DNA of 64,000 nt, from positions 42,470,001 to 42,534,000 of the forward strand of contig OZ076416.1 in NCBI GenBank assembly GCA_964187785.1, in the 5' to 3' direction. Each line of letters opens with the position of its first letter. Positions within the stretch are counted from its first letter, which is position 1. Below are positions 45,813 to 58,814 of this stretch, in pieces. Under the pieces are notes generated by a model that was given only the letters and a program-made list of their open reading frames with translations, did not search any database and was not told the DNA's origin. The position numbers and the translations under genes were made by a program. The DNA is from Amphiscolops sp. MND2022 (lineage: Eukaryota).

Positions 45813-48800
45813 ATGTCTTTGTCTGGGGAGGAGTTTTCGCGACTTCAGGTAATAGCACTTTTCCTTTGTTTTGTCATTCCCATTGCAATATTGGAGACTT
45901 ACCCTGAGTTACTTGAATCCAACCTCTGAATTACTTGAATTCTCTTCGCTTCACGAAGTTTTGCCTCATAAATCCTGGCAAGACAACCCTGCACTTTGTT
46001 TGTAAAAAGTTTTGTTCTTGTAGTAGGATCTACAAGTAGATTGTTTACTCTTGCTGTTTTGTTTTTTCAATGCTCATTGAAAGAATTCAAGACTTTAACT
46101 ATCTATCGGCGTAGCTTGCTAGGCACAAAAGCGTCCCTTAAGATACTTCATTTCAACAAGCACATCTGTAGTCATTGTTCTCATTGAGGCATGGTAATTC
46201 AATTGAATGAACCGTGTATATTGCTCACCTTAGAGTCAATCATGAATTCTCTATTCATAGACTTATCGCTCGAGGTTGGATTCTCTATCCTCGTAGTCCT
46301 TTTACTTGGACTCTAAGTTTGGAGAAATTGATATGGTGTTTCCTTAGTATAGATTGTTGAAATTATTAAATACTGGCGTTTTTTGAAGGGTCAAATCTTG
46401 GATCTGAGGAATGCCAATTACGAGCTCAAGGAGAAATTAGATCGTCAAACTACCGGTGAGAAAGTTTTTTTTGGAAAATTGATTTATCTTCGAAATCTCA
46501 ATATGTGTGCATAGAAAGTGTTATGAGCTTTCAGAAGTGTGCTGTAAAGGTTTGGGATCAGGATTGAAAATGTACATAAAAATACAATATTTTTCACTAT
46601 GGGGTACAGCGATGTATTTTTTTGTCCAAGACATTTAGAAACTCTAAATGCTAATGCTGATCAATGAACATGTAAGTGCTCAACATAAATTCTGATGCAC
46701 TGGTGAAACAGTTATCTATCTGGAGTCATTGTATATAGGAAGAACAATATTGCCCGATTTTACCCGTGGCGCCGAAAAATACATTCATCAGGCCATCCAA
46801 TTTGTCATCGATGAAACTTATATGTAGCATTTTTGCTTCAGAAAACAACAGCTTGCGTGAAATTCTGCAACGACAGAAAGTTGAGCTCACAAAAAACAAA
46901 GTTGGTAAAATTATCAAAGAAGTTGACCATGAGTTTATAATCATCAGTGGAATCTTTCATTTTCTCGTAATATTTTGTTAGGTTCAAGGCTCCTTACTCT
47001 CCACACTCAGTAAAGTTGGCGGTAGAGGTGGTGGGGGCAATCAAGAGGAAGTTCTCATCCAAGAAAGGGACAAACTACAACAGAAATTGCTGCAACAAGA
47101 AGAGGAGTTTAAGCTGCAGTACAACACTGTTAAGGATGAAATTGACAAGGTTCATGTTACAAGAAATTTTTCGTGGTTTCATAGGGCTGTTATATAGAAA
47201 AATGTTTGAATTATTCTTTCAAAAGTAGCAAAAAGTTCGTCCTGGAAACAAATGCATTTGCAAAACGGACCACTAGTTGATCTGAACCTTGTGAATGACA
47301 GCCTAATGAAGAAAAGCCAACCAAAAAAAAAACAAAAGAAATGACCCCTGAGGAATGGGCCCCCAATTAATCTTTATTTTCCTGGTTCAAATCACGGCTC
47401 CCATTAGGACGTAGAATAGACAAATGTATCGATAGATAAAACGAAAACGCGTCTGGCAAGAGTAATTATCATATTTGTTGCTCTCGAAAGTGTGATTTGC
47501 TGTTGATTATAATGTCAATTTTAATATTGTTGCTGTGATTTGTGTGAAAAGTAAAAATTCCATAAACAATCCCAAATAGAAAGCTATCCTAAACCCCATG
47601 TGATACGTCAAGTTTTGTTTCAGCTCCAAAACGAAAACAATTCTCTGAGGGCTCAGCTAGACGAGCTTAATGACCCCTTGTCAAGGGAATTATTATGTGC
47701 AAATCCCAATGACAGTGAAGGGCCCTTCCCCGAAACTCGAAGCTCAGCATCTGATAATGCATCCTCGTTCCGTAAACAAACATTGGGTTAGTTGTGTTGT
47801 CATTTGGTTATTGACTCTATAATATTCCCTCCGGAAAGTTGAAAAAGCCTCTAAACCGTCAAATGAAAATTTGATTATATGCACCAAAGTCTATCAGTTT
47901 GAATAATTTCCTCCATTTTGGGCAAGTTTCACAAATATTTGATAGCGTAGTTCATTGATGAACGGCAAAATGGATCTATTGAAACCACATTTGATGTATC
48001 CGTCAATTTTTCCATTAATCAAAAGATTAAAGCGATTAAAAACTTTTTTGAATTTCCCCCTACTGATTTTTAATACAGATAGTTGTTTTTGAAGAATTTT
48101 CAACGATTTTCTCAACAGCAACGCTCTTTTAATATTTTCGTGGATATAGAATCTGCTTGAAATGTTTTTTATTGTCACATTGTTCGCGTTTGCCATGAAT
48201 TTGCCATCTTGATTTGGAAAATGAACAATCCTATTTTTGGAAACCGTTCCTGAATTAAATGGATTCTATAACTTTCCTTAAAAAGAATGACTGGTTATTA
48301 CTAGCATAGTCCTTCATATTGCTTGTTGCCAATATGAAGCTGTTTTCAATCAATCTCTGCTCATTAGATGGGTATTTTTCAGTAGACGGTGACCAAACCA
48401 CGACAGAAGAAAACTCCGAATGTGCCTGTTAGTCATTATTACCGTTGAATACATTAACAATGTCCGGATTTGGTTAATTTTATTTGGTTTGAATTTGACA
48501 GCTGAGTCTTCTACTTCGATCGACGTTGAAGTCACGGCCGACGAGCGACGCAATATTTCTGATCAACTTCGAGATGCTCAGGCAAGTGTCTCAGCGCTTT
48601 TACGGTCGGATCTCATTTTCAACAGCTTCTGTTTACTTTTTGTTTTCAGGCTTCCAGTAAAATTGAATACTCCAAGTTGAAGAATGAAGTTGAAAAGGTT
48701 AGTAGATTGGACCATGTTTCTCTACACTCCCGTGCGGAAAATTGAAAACAAAAAAAAACAAAGTTCAAATATCAGAAAATCGAGTTTGCGGTGAAATTTC

Positions 48801-51800
48801 GGTCCAATGAAATAATTGATGCCCACATTGTCCTATCTCTTACAGTAATTCACAGGTTAAAAGTTCGATATATTCTACGTTGGAGAAATTTTGCGTTAGA
48901 ATTGGGGCCTTCAATATATCAGAAGTGTCTTTTCAAATAGTTTTTCTGTACTCAAATTTGCGCTGTTTGCGTATTCAATAATATTCTGATTCTGAAAAGT
49001 TTGTTTTTCGCTCGCGAAAAGTAACTTATGAATGGTTTTAAAACAGCGGTGAAGCTAGGAAGCAAGAGTTGGTTGTTTTGAACCTGTCGTTCCTCAGGTA
49101 CTTGTAGATATAACGTCATTCGTGGGGCGGGTATACCTAATTCATCCTAAGTGTTAGAAATCATGAAATCTTATCTGGTTTGGAATTCTTTCACGCGCCT
49201 ATCTTAAAAGGCTGACATCATTCTCCATCTCATTTTAACCAAGGTGCGAAGTCCGTCTAATTTTCGAAACTGATTTCTCGAAACCTTTAGTACAACGATT
49301 TTACCAAATTTATGAGTGCTTCGTGAAACTTTTGTGTGAAAGGATCCTATATTTTCCACTACCTACTTGGATTCAATTTTATCGCTTGTGCTTCTTTTGA
49401 GTTTGATTTTTTCCAATTGTACCGCGGAAAACTGTTGAATGAATTCTATTGGAAATGAACGATCCCCTAATATCTGAATATTTGATGTGATTCGTTTTGA
49501 TTCCCAGTTAACGGAGAAAGTGAAGAAGAAGCAAGAAAGCATTGTGCTTCTGCAAGAAGAGAAAGAGCATCTGTACACGGACAACATGCGACTACAGGAA
49601 GAGATCAAGCAAGTGGCCCTAGACAAGCAGAAAGAACTGACCGTGCAGAAGGAGACTCTGAATGCCACCGTCGAAGCCAAGTTACAAGAAATTGAGAGCC
49701 TCCGACATTTCTCAAACTCCAGAATCAAAGAGTTGGAGGACATCATTTCATCTCTGAACAGAGAAGTAAGCACTGGGAGAAGATACTCTCCGTTTGTAAA
49801 TAGAACTGTATTGATTAGCATAATGCCATGTGATGTTGCAATCTCATATTTATTAATATTTCTGCTTTAGCAGGAATATTATTGAAATCCGAAAATGTCT
49901 ACTTATTTTTTTTCAGTACAATTTTTCGGACGATCTGAATAATTCAGATATTTTGTTCGGCAGTGAGTGTGAGCGAGAGAGATGCGGAAGACAATTCAAT
50001 TCTAGTGCGATGGAACGAGCGAGTGGTAATTATCCATTCGTATGCTGACGTCATTGAGATGAAGCGAGCGAATGTTCGTAATTGTGCTTTCGTTGCCCCG
50101 AGTTATTGAGATGAAGCGAATGAGTGTTAATTATTCGTTCGTTGAGAGCTTCGCCTGTATTCAAATGCGAATGCGAAACTTCGTCTACGCTTAGTAGTTA
50201 TATTTTCTTTAGTCCGAGAAGAAGTAAAGGCGGTGTAAACTTGTACAGTGATTACATGTAATTGTGCGCTAAATAATGATTAAACAAGAGTGTATTGGTA
50301 TTCCAGATATGATTCTTTTATTAATGATTTTTTTGTTTAAAAAAATAAAGATTAAAGCAGAAATAGTACTGAGCCCCGGAAGGGCCTATTTTATAGACAT
50401 TGACACTGACTGGTCTATATGAGTATTAATGTTTTTGGTTTTTGTCTCTTTGTAACCTTAGGTTGTTCAACACGTTTACGGCGGCGCTAAATGGTGATAA
50501 TAATTTGAATGAAATTTGCATCCATTGTTGTAATTTAATGTATGAAAGCTTCATCGATTTCCTCTATCGCAGTATGGAGTGTTAACTAAATCTTTTTTTT
50601 TTGGTTTTCAGACGACAGAAACAGTGAACAACTCGTCTCGACAGACAGCAGAGTTGGAGAGTGCTCTGAGAGAGGCGAGTGAGAGGTACGACCAGTTATG
50701 TGTGAGTCACAAGCGACTGCAGGCAGACTACGAACAACTGACCTCACACAAAATTCAATCAGACCAACAGATGCAATCAATGCAACAGGAAAACTTGCAC
50801 ATCGACAGAGAGTGTCAAGAACTCAAACATACCATTGACGTTAGTTGGAAATTTATACCATTGACGTCACTTGGCTAATTTCACCCCTTTACTGCTCATG
50901 GCGAACCCCTTATGGCTGTGTATATTTTTCTACACGCCATTTTCTAAATACTTTCACTTTGCTCTGAGGCAATTTCGACATACTAGAATATTTCACGTTG
51001 AATGTTTTGAATTGAAAAACGTCAAAAGGCCCAATTTTTGTTTGATTTGCAAGCATGGGAACCTTAGCAAAAGTGCAAACTGTTTATCGGTTTCAGTTCT
51101 TTTGTCCTTTCGAAGTTTCAAGTGTTTCTTTCACAAAAATTGCCTTTTTCATCCTATAAAGCTATTCAAAATCACTTTTATAAATAATTCTAATTGCTAC
51201 CGTACCTCTTCTACAAAGTATTGAAACTGTAGCGTTTCCATTTCATTGAATATTGATTATTTGATTTCATTTTAAAATGAATAAGTTTTGATTATTATTG
51301 CAGTTGATACTCTTTAGTTGATGCATGCCAGTTTTTTGCTTTACTAGTTTTTACTTGGCCAATTCTGAGATCCTTTTGAACCCTTATTTCTTTCAAACAT
51401 TGATTGCATTTGAATTGTGCAGGAAATGAAGCAAACAGTGGAGCGATTGACCGAAGAGAACATCAAAAACGTGGCAAAAATTAGACAGCTCGAGTCTTCG
51501 CTTGAAGAAGCGACAAAGGTAAACTGTATTTCTTTCATTTTCTGTGGTCCCTTCAGTCAACTACAGTTTACACTGGCCCGCAAAAGTGATTTTCAAAGAC
51601 AAAAAAGTGCCTCAATCTAGAAAGACTTAACGAAATATCTCAGGGATTAAATATCAATTTTTTTTAAAGAAGTGTTATGTGATGCTTTCAATTTTGCAGT
51701 ATAATCTTTTCGAAAAATGAGAAACACTTTTACCGTTTTGGTCTTTGAGAGTTCATGGCAAATTAGTTTGTACTCGTAACAGCTATCGTCAGGGCTGTTT

Positions 51801-54800
51801 GAAAAAAAACATGAGGTTTCTCCGAAAGCGCTCCAAATGACGATTTTGTCGTAAATCAACAAATTAGAAGTGTTTCGTTTTGAAAACTTTCAGCTAAACC
51901 CTATCTTAATACATATACATGGGGCAAGTGACCAACGTCCATTTTCTGCAGAAACCTTATGAAGCTAAATTTTAGAAATCAGAAACGTCAGTTAAAATGA
52001 GTTAAAACGTTAGCTTGTGAATACCCAGAGTCTCAAAACATGCTCTCGAACCAGCCATATTTGAAACCATCGTCGAAATTTTCCCTTTAATTGTGCCAAT
52101 TGGTCGAATTTGGTTAAAAGGTGCGGGTAACATAACTTTTCAAAAGAATGACAGATTGCAAAATGAAAACATTAAAATCTTAAATTTCTAAGACTTTCTT
52201 CCTGAAAAGTGTGGAAAAATGAAAATTTAATGCCTTTTTCGGCATGAAAATGAAAAAAGAAAATGGTACTAATAAGAGCGTCGACGCTTTATTTTTGCGG
52301 GTTAGTAGGCTCTATATTTATTGTAAGTTTTACTCGAGGGAATTTGTGAATTAATTAGAGTCAGGTTAATCAATATTGGGTCCTATATTGGTAATAATTC
52401 CCTCTGGAGCTGATATAATCCGAACTTGAATCAGGAAAACTTAATTGTTTTGAATAATATTGAAGTGAACTCATCGGATAACCAAGTAAATGAGAGTTTT
52501 TTTCCTTCAGTATCAAAACCCATCATTCTTAATGTATGTTGTTAGTTTGTAAGACTTGTCAAATATTTTGAAAGAAGTTTGATCAAAACATTTGGATGTT
52601 TCAGCTTGCGGAGAAACGCAAGAATATGATGGAAGACTTTGCTAATCAGTGCTCTAAGTCCGTAGAGCAAGCCAAACTGGAAGCCAAGACTGTCTCTGAC
52701 TGCGAGGCCCAGTTGAAGGTAAGAATGGTTTTTGATTATGTCATTGGCGAAATGCAGTTCAAGCTAAAAGGACCTTTTTGTGGAACAAAAGACCTATGTT
52801 GACGGCAACTTTTGCTGAATTTTTAATCCGTATCTTTCCATAGGAAATACTCAATTTTTAAATAAACGACCCCTTCAGAGTCAGATTTATTGGTATTACC
52901 TTAATTTTTGAATGCACATCTATCAGTCTTGAAAAAAAATCACAAGTCGATTCATGTTTTCCTGGTATTATAGTAAGTAAAAGCATTTGAATTCGTGGCA
53001 TGAAGTTCAGTGTACATTTAACATTTTACAATGTCTGCTTGAAGGAGGAGCTGAAGAACTGTGAGCTGCAGAACTGCGAGATGGAGAGTCAGATCCACAA
53101 ACTCACAGAGGAGAATTCGGTTCTCTCCGCGTTCCTGGACCAAGTTAAGCAGCAGAACTCCACTTTGCAGTCTCAGTTAGAGACCACTCAGTCACAACTC
53201 GATGAAACGAAGCAATCTATGGCTGACCAAGTATCAGCTTTGCAATTGAAACATTCCTCAACCTGCCAAGTATGTCAACTAGCTTATCTTTCCATTGTAC
53301 TTCCACTGTATCAGTAAAAGTGTAGTAGATGAATGGGGTTTTTTTCAATCTTGAGGCCAAAATTTCTGGCTACTCTGTGATTTGAATGATGAATCTACAT
53401 TAAACCTATAGGGAGTCCTACCGGGAAGTCGATGAACTTAAATGAACTCAAATCTAACAGTAATTTGCCAAAAATAGCCGGAAATGCCCTGTTTGCTCAT
53501 GAATATTTTCTACTGGTTCAAGGTACCCATAAGTCTTCATAAAAACTCACCTATGTCGATGAACTCATAGATGAATTCAGTTTTTGTTTCGATTTCGGAT
53601 AACCAACGGTTTAACTAGAGAATAATCGCCAATTCCAGTTTAGACAGGGGAGCCAGGAGTTGACTCAATATGCAATAGGCATTTAACAATGAGTTGTTGA
53701 AACGATTGCGAGCTCTGAAATGTTTTTGCCAATGTTTCCCTTCTCTGAATGACTATCGTTTTGCAGAACATTGGGACTTTTTTGAGGTTTCCTAACGAAC
53801 GCTCTGTTTTGCTTTTTCTTTTTGTTTGTTTGTCCTACTGGTGAAATAATGAATAGTTTTTTCAGGACTTCGAGAAACAGATCAAGTCACTGAAAGAAGA
53901 ACTTGAAATCAAAAATGGTGCTATGAAAAAGTCTTCTTCACACATTGCCGACCTCGAACAACAAATTCTCGACAAGGTAAGTTATCGCATTCAAAGTGCT
54001 GTCAAAAGAAAAATTGTATTTTAAACCCAAAATGGTTCATTTCACTGAGGATCATTCCGCCGAAAGCTGCAAATCATCCTGAAGTTGTAGAACCTTGTGC
54101 TGGAGATGGGCGAAGCCTCCAGTTTTTTCACAGACTGTTACCGTTCAGACGTTTGCCGATCAATTTCGTGGAGTATTGATAATCTAAAACATGTTCTGAC
54201 TGTTTTAAAACTGACTGACGAGTTGCTGCAGCTATTGGTTTATGCTAGATTTTCTTGAGATTCTACCGCTTCGTACCATGTAGATATTCGCTATATGCTT
54301 TATTTGACCTTTTTTCGAGAAATTGTAAATTCCAAGAAAACATCAAGTTTTGAACTATAGCAGATATCATCTTTTTTATAGGCGTGATAACGTCCTCCGA
54401 AATCAATTCCGATTCTTTGACGTTTATTCTAAAGTCAATTCAACCGATCAATTTTGTTTTAGGTAGAAGAAAGGAGGATTGGGGAGCAGAAGTTGGTAGT
54501 CAAACTGAAGGATCTGCAGAAAGTTGCCAAGCAGGAGAAGCAGAGGGCGGATAAGCTGCAGCAGAAGCTGGAAGAATTCCTCTCCAACGCACCCAAACTT
54601 GATTCTCAAATCAAAACAGGTAATCTATCACTAAACTTTCTTTTGATGTTTCCTTTAAAAAAGGACTTAAGTTATGGATAGAATTCGTCGTCTCAACTAC
54701 TTTTTTAATGGGATTTTTTTGAAATTAAGGCTCATAATTGTTGATTTAAAGCATGTGTATCATGAAACACCTGGAAAAAAGAATTTCTGCTCTTTTTGAA

Positions 54801-55242
54801 GTGCGTATTCATTGATGACTTGGACTCGATTTCAAAATGCGGCCCACTTCAACCAAATGTGGCCTCTATTCGAGGGCGGTTTCTATTGGAAGAAATGAAG
54901 TAATAATTAATTAATGTCAATAATTAATGTGTCGTGTGATTAGGCTACGATGACGTGTACCTCTCCGTTTCTCGCACTAAGAACTCCAACAGTGCTTTGG
55001 GGGGAGCGGGAGACGTGGACTCTCTCAGCGTGTCTTCTTTCGGCCAATTGAGTGACCTGCCCTTTAGCAACCACTCTCCAAACACACCCCTGCAGTTGCA
55101 ACAACTGAGCAGTCCCGTCCCCAATGGCTCACTTCTCTCTCAGGGTCAAGGTCAAGGCTCATCATGTGGTGCAGACGACATCAAACAGTTGTTCGAGAAA
55201 CTAGCTGTATTGCAGCAGGATAAGTGGATGCTGGAAGAAAAG
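45813..55242 (+). CDS. GRIPAP1: GRIP1-associated protein 1 (GRASP-1) orthologue; 15 coding exons, 3' end not seen in the window
   Basis: Exons 45813-45848 (MSLSGEEFSRLQ), 46389-46455, 46842-46900, 46982-47149 (EVLIQERDKLQQKLLQQEEEFKLQ), 47624-47786, 48502-48581, 48650-48697, 49508-49765, 50612-50839, 51423-51518, 52605-52718 (LAEKRKNMM), 53045-53269, 53866-53976, 54463-54619 (LKDL..EKQRADKLQ), 54944-55242 (DSLSVSSF..LFEKLAVLQQDKWMLEEK) join in phase and match GRIPAP1 hallmark segments. Confidence 0.9.
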
Positions 55243-55574
55243 GTTAAATTAAACAATGAATGCTTTATGTATACTGTATCTTACTCGTTCGAATAAAGGC
55301 TGGCTCTTATTTTTGACGCGTTTCTCGAAGTTTGCATCACTTCAAGTTTCAATGACGGTGGCTCATGTTTTGTGCAGTATATTGATGTAATCTGTATCTT
55401 GGTTTCACAACGAAGTCCACGGCCATGAAATATTAGAATTTATTTGATAAGCCTAAAATTACTTTTATAAGGCCTAAAAAAGACTTTATAACAAAACCAA
55501 AGGGGCGACTCTAGACACATTTGTGAAATTTCAAATTTCTGAAAAAAGTCACACGGTCCCAGGTTGAGCAAACA

Positions 55575-55756
55575 TTTTTACCATGCTATGATCATAGAAT
55601 GATCATACTATGATCACGGTCATTCCATGATCATGATCATGCCAAGACCGTACCATGGCGACCATGTTTCATAGTATGACCATGCTATGCTCATCATGTT
55701 TCATAGTATGATCCATCTTGTTTCATAGTATGAACATAGCATGATCATAGTATGAG
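55575..55756. repeat. Degenerate CATGAT/CATAGTATGA minisatellite
   Basis: Repeated ATCAT, CATAGTATGA and CCATG units. Confidence 0.7.
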
Positions 55757-55944
55757 GAACGATGAATTCTAGATCGAAAGTCGAGATATCGGACATAGCA
55801 ATCTCCTGTAAACAAAGTTCACAAATTGGTTACCGAGTCCTTATGCTGTATTTTTAAGGAGGCACTCAGCTCATGAGATACATAGTATCCCACTTGACGA
55901 GACCCACGGCGAGAACGTGGCCTCCGTTGGGTCTCAAAATCTAA

Positions 55945-56665
55945 ATTTTGGGCAAAATAGCAACTAAATTATGGAAATCAGCTACTGAAAGAGGAATTAG
56001 ATCTAAAACCTCGGCGAATTCGATCTAAAATCATCAAAAACTCGAAAGACAGCGAAGAGTATCTAAATCATGCATAATTTTGTCTCTAAATCGAAAATAA
56101 TAACTAAAACTTGGGCAAAATAGCTGCTAAATTATGGAAATCGGCTTTTGAAATAGGAATCAGATCTAAAATCTGGGTCAATTGGATCTGAAAACGAAAA
56201 CTTTAAGATAACGAAGAGTATAAATTATGCATAATTTCGCCTCTATATTGAGAATAATTTTTGAAATTTCCGCGAATTAGCTGCAGAATTATGGAAATCA
56301 GCAACTGAAATAGGAATCAGATCTAAAACCTGGATCACTTTGATGAAAAAACGAAAACTCTGGGACGACAACGAAGAGTATCTGAATTATGCATAATTCG
56401 TCTTTTAATCGAGAATAATAACTAAAACTTGAGCAAAATAGCTGCTAACTTATGGAAATCGGCTATTGAAATGGGAATCAGATCGAAAATCTGGGTCAAT
56501 TGGATCTGAAAACGAAAACTTCAAGACAACGATGCGAATCTAAATTATGCATAATTTCGCCTCTTTATTGAGATTATCTGAAATTTCGGCAAAACAGATG
56601 CAAAACTATGGAAATCAGCAACTGAAATAGGAATCAGATCTAAAACCTGGGTCAACTTGGACAAA
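55945..56665. repeat. Satellite-like array, ~160-bp unit x5, with dimeric alternation
   Basis: TATGGAAATC at 55970, 56133, 56290, 56451 and 56607 (spacing 163/157/161/156). Confidence 0.9.
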
Positions 56666-58043
56666 AAGTGACTCAACCTGTTCGTAGATTCTAATTGCCA
56701 AGCAGCTTCAGGAAACGAAAGTAGCTCTTGAGGATCACGGAAAAAAATCGTAAATCTAAGTGTTAACGTTTGTGAATTAGCCAGGAAAACCACAAAGCAT
56801 CATAGACATTTTTACATTTTTGAGTATTTTGGGTAGAACGGAACAAAAAAGCAGGAACTGTGAACGGAAATCACCTTAAAAGAGCCGACGTACATGAAAA
56901 CACTACGAAACAAGAGAGAATCAAAGAAACATGGTTTCTGGAAACAGTCGAAAAACCCATCCTTTACCTCAAGATTTTTCATTCATGCATATACAATGCG
57001 GGCCAGCGGAAGCTAAAAAGAATAAACAGCCTCACAGCATTTGTCTGAATCTGCAGGCTTCGAAAAACAAACGAAATGAAGACTGACCCAACTGCAGCAC
57101 GGAAGTCCACGCGATACATCATTCTTAAGTCATTCGAAAAACTATTCCAGGACCACGCTAACTTACACTTCTATTTGAAATTGCAATTTATATGGCACAA
57201 GGCGAGCAAAGGGAGGACTGCCAATAGTTTTGATTGTAAAAAAAACTTCGACTAACAGCGAATGCAGTTTGACATTGTTCCGAAAAAGTGACGGACAAGT
57301 CACAAAGCAACAACGATTATTCTAATACCTGACAACGATAACTTCAGGGAGAAACGCAACAACAGGAACAACAGTTACCGGAAATCAATTTTAAAAAGGA
57401 CAATATAAATGAAAATATTTGAAAAATGGAAAACAACGATGAGCAGCACGTTAATGAGACACGAGCACCATATATACCATTGTTAATCTTTCAGTTAGCG
57501 CAATTTAAACAACGACTCTAGCTCAGTTCAATACTTCTATTTAAGCTTGGAGATGAGAAATAGATATTTTAATGAGAAAAGCCTTCTGAAATAAAATGAG
57601 CTTCATAAAAGAAAGTTGCAATGTTTAATTCGAACGGTTAGGAAAATAATAGTAGAAAAACGATTCTGTAACAAATTGATAACAACAACCCATAGTCAGA
57701 CCATCAGTCATTCATAAAAGCTTTTTAGCTAATCAGACCGAAGGCCTCTCCACAAGTGTAATGTACTTATACCTGGAACATGAAAGTTTAATACAAAATA
57801 TTGTAATTGAAACAAATGAAAACAAATGGAACATGAAACAAACTATTACATATCAGGGATCTGAAACCAGCTCTTGATTCAATTTATCATAAATGAAAAA
57901 GTATTAGTTCAGGCATTCTATTCAAAAACGGGTAACAGCTTATTCAACTACCAGTCAGCCATAGAAAGCATTGAAGCTAAGCCGACTGATGAACTCTTAG
58001 CGAAAGGTTTTAATTCCAGGGAGTAGACAAATCACTTTCCAGG

Positions 58044-58525
58044 CTAATCACTGCATGTTCTATCTTGGCTGGCCAAGATCTCCTCGCTGCCAGGGCTTCT
58101 CATAGTGGTCTTGAGTTCCCGGCCATGCTGATTAGCAGAGTTACGACCCATTTGGTAGGCGTAAAGCGCTTTCACAGGGCCTCGCTTTGAATACGCCCAC
58201 AGAACAAATTCTTTGAAGTCGGCTTGTTTCTGCAGATCAGTGAGGGGTCGACTGGCGTTGTTACCCTCGGGTTCAATCATACTGTGTATGAGCTCATTTT
58301 CTAAATTTTTGCCAAATATCTTCGCAATTTTCCGTCCATGTTTTGACGGCTCATAGGGAATAGACAATTCTCGAAGGTTCACTCCTTTATACTTTATTTC
58401 CCGGAGATCTGTCACATCGTTCGGAGTATCACCTTCACATTCAGTGTCATTGACTGAGATTTCATGTCTCTCAGCAGTCTCGAGGCCTCTCGCGTTTTTG
58501 AAAAAAAACTCGACCGACTCCGACT
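58044..58525 (-). CDS. BEN-domain-like terminal exon of the transposon second gene
   Basis: Acceptor TTTTTTCAG; GVNL..SKHGRKIAKIFG..EL..RP..D..K..K..Y...RNSANQHGRE resembles the BEN pattern. Confidence 0.58.
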
Positions 58526-58814
58526 GAAAAAAGTAATGCACCCATAAGCTATGTCATCGTCTCATGACTAATTGTCTCAAGATTTCTCGGTTCAATCACC
58601 ATTTCAATATCTGAATGGATCAGTCAAATTAGAGGCAAAAGAGAAGCAGGTGGGAAAAAACGAAATCAGCGGATATTTCTCATAGCATTTAAAAAGGCTT
58701 ACTAGTCGTTCGCGCTCTCTCCGTTCTTTTCTTGCCTCCTCGCGAGCGATACTCTTTCCAGCACTCGCGGTGTGTATCGAGCAGTCTCTCCATGGTTGCC
58801 GAAAATGTCTTTAA

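Noticed and set aside
47894-48196. 100-aa minus-strand ORF in a GRIPAP1 intron
   Set aside because: AT-rich with no recognisable domain; may be a TE remnant but cannot be supported.
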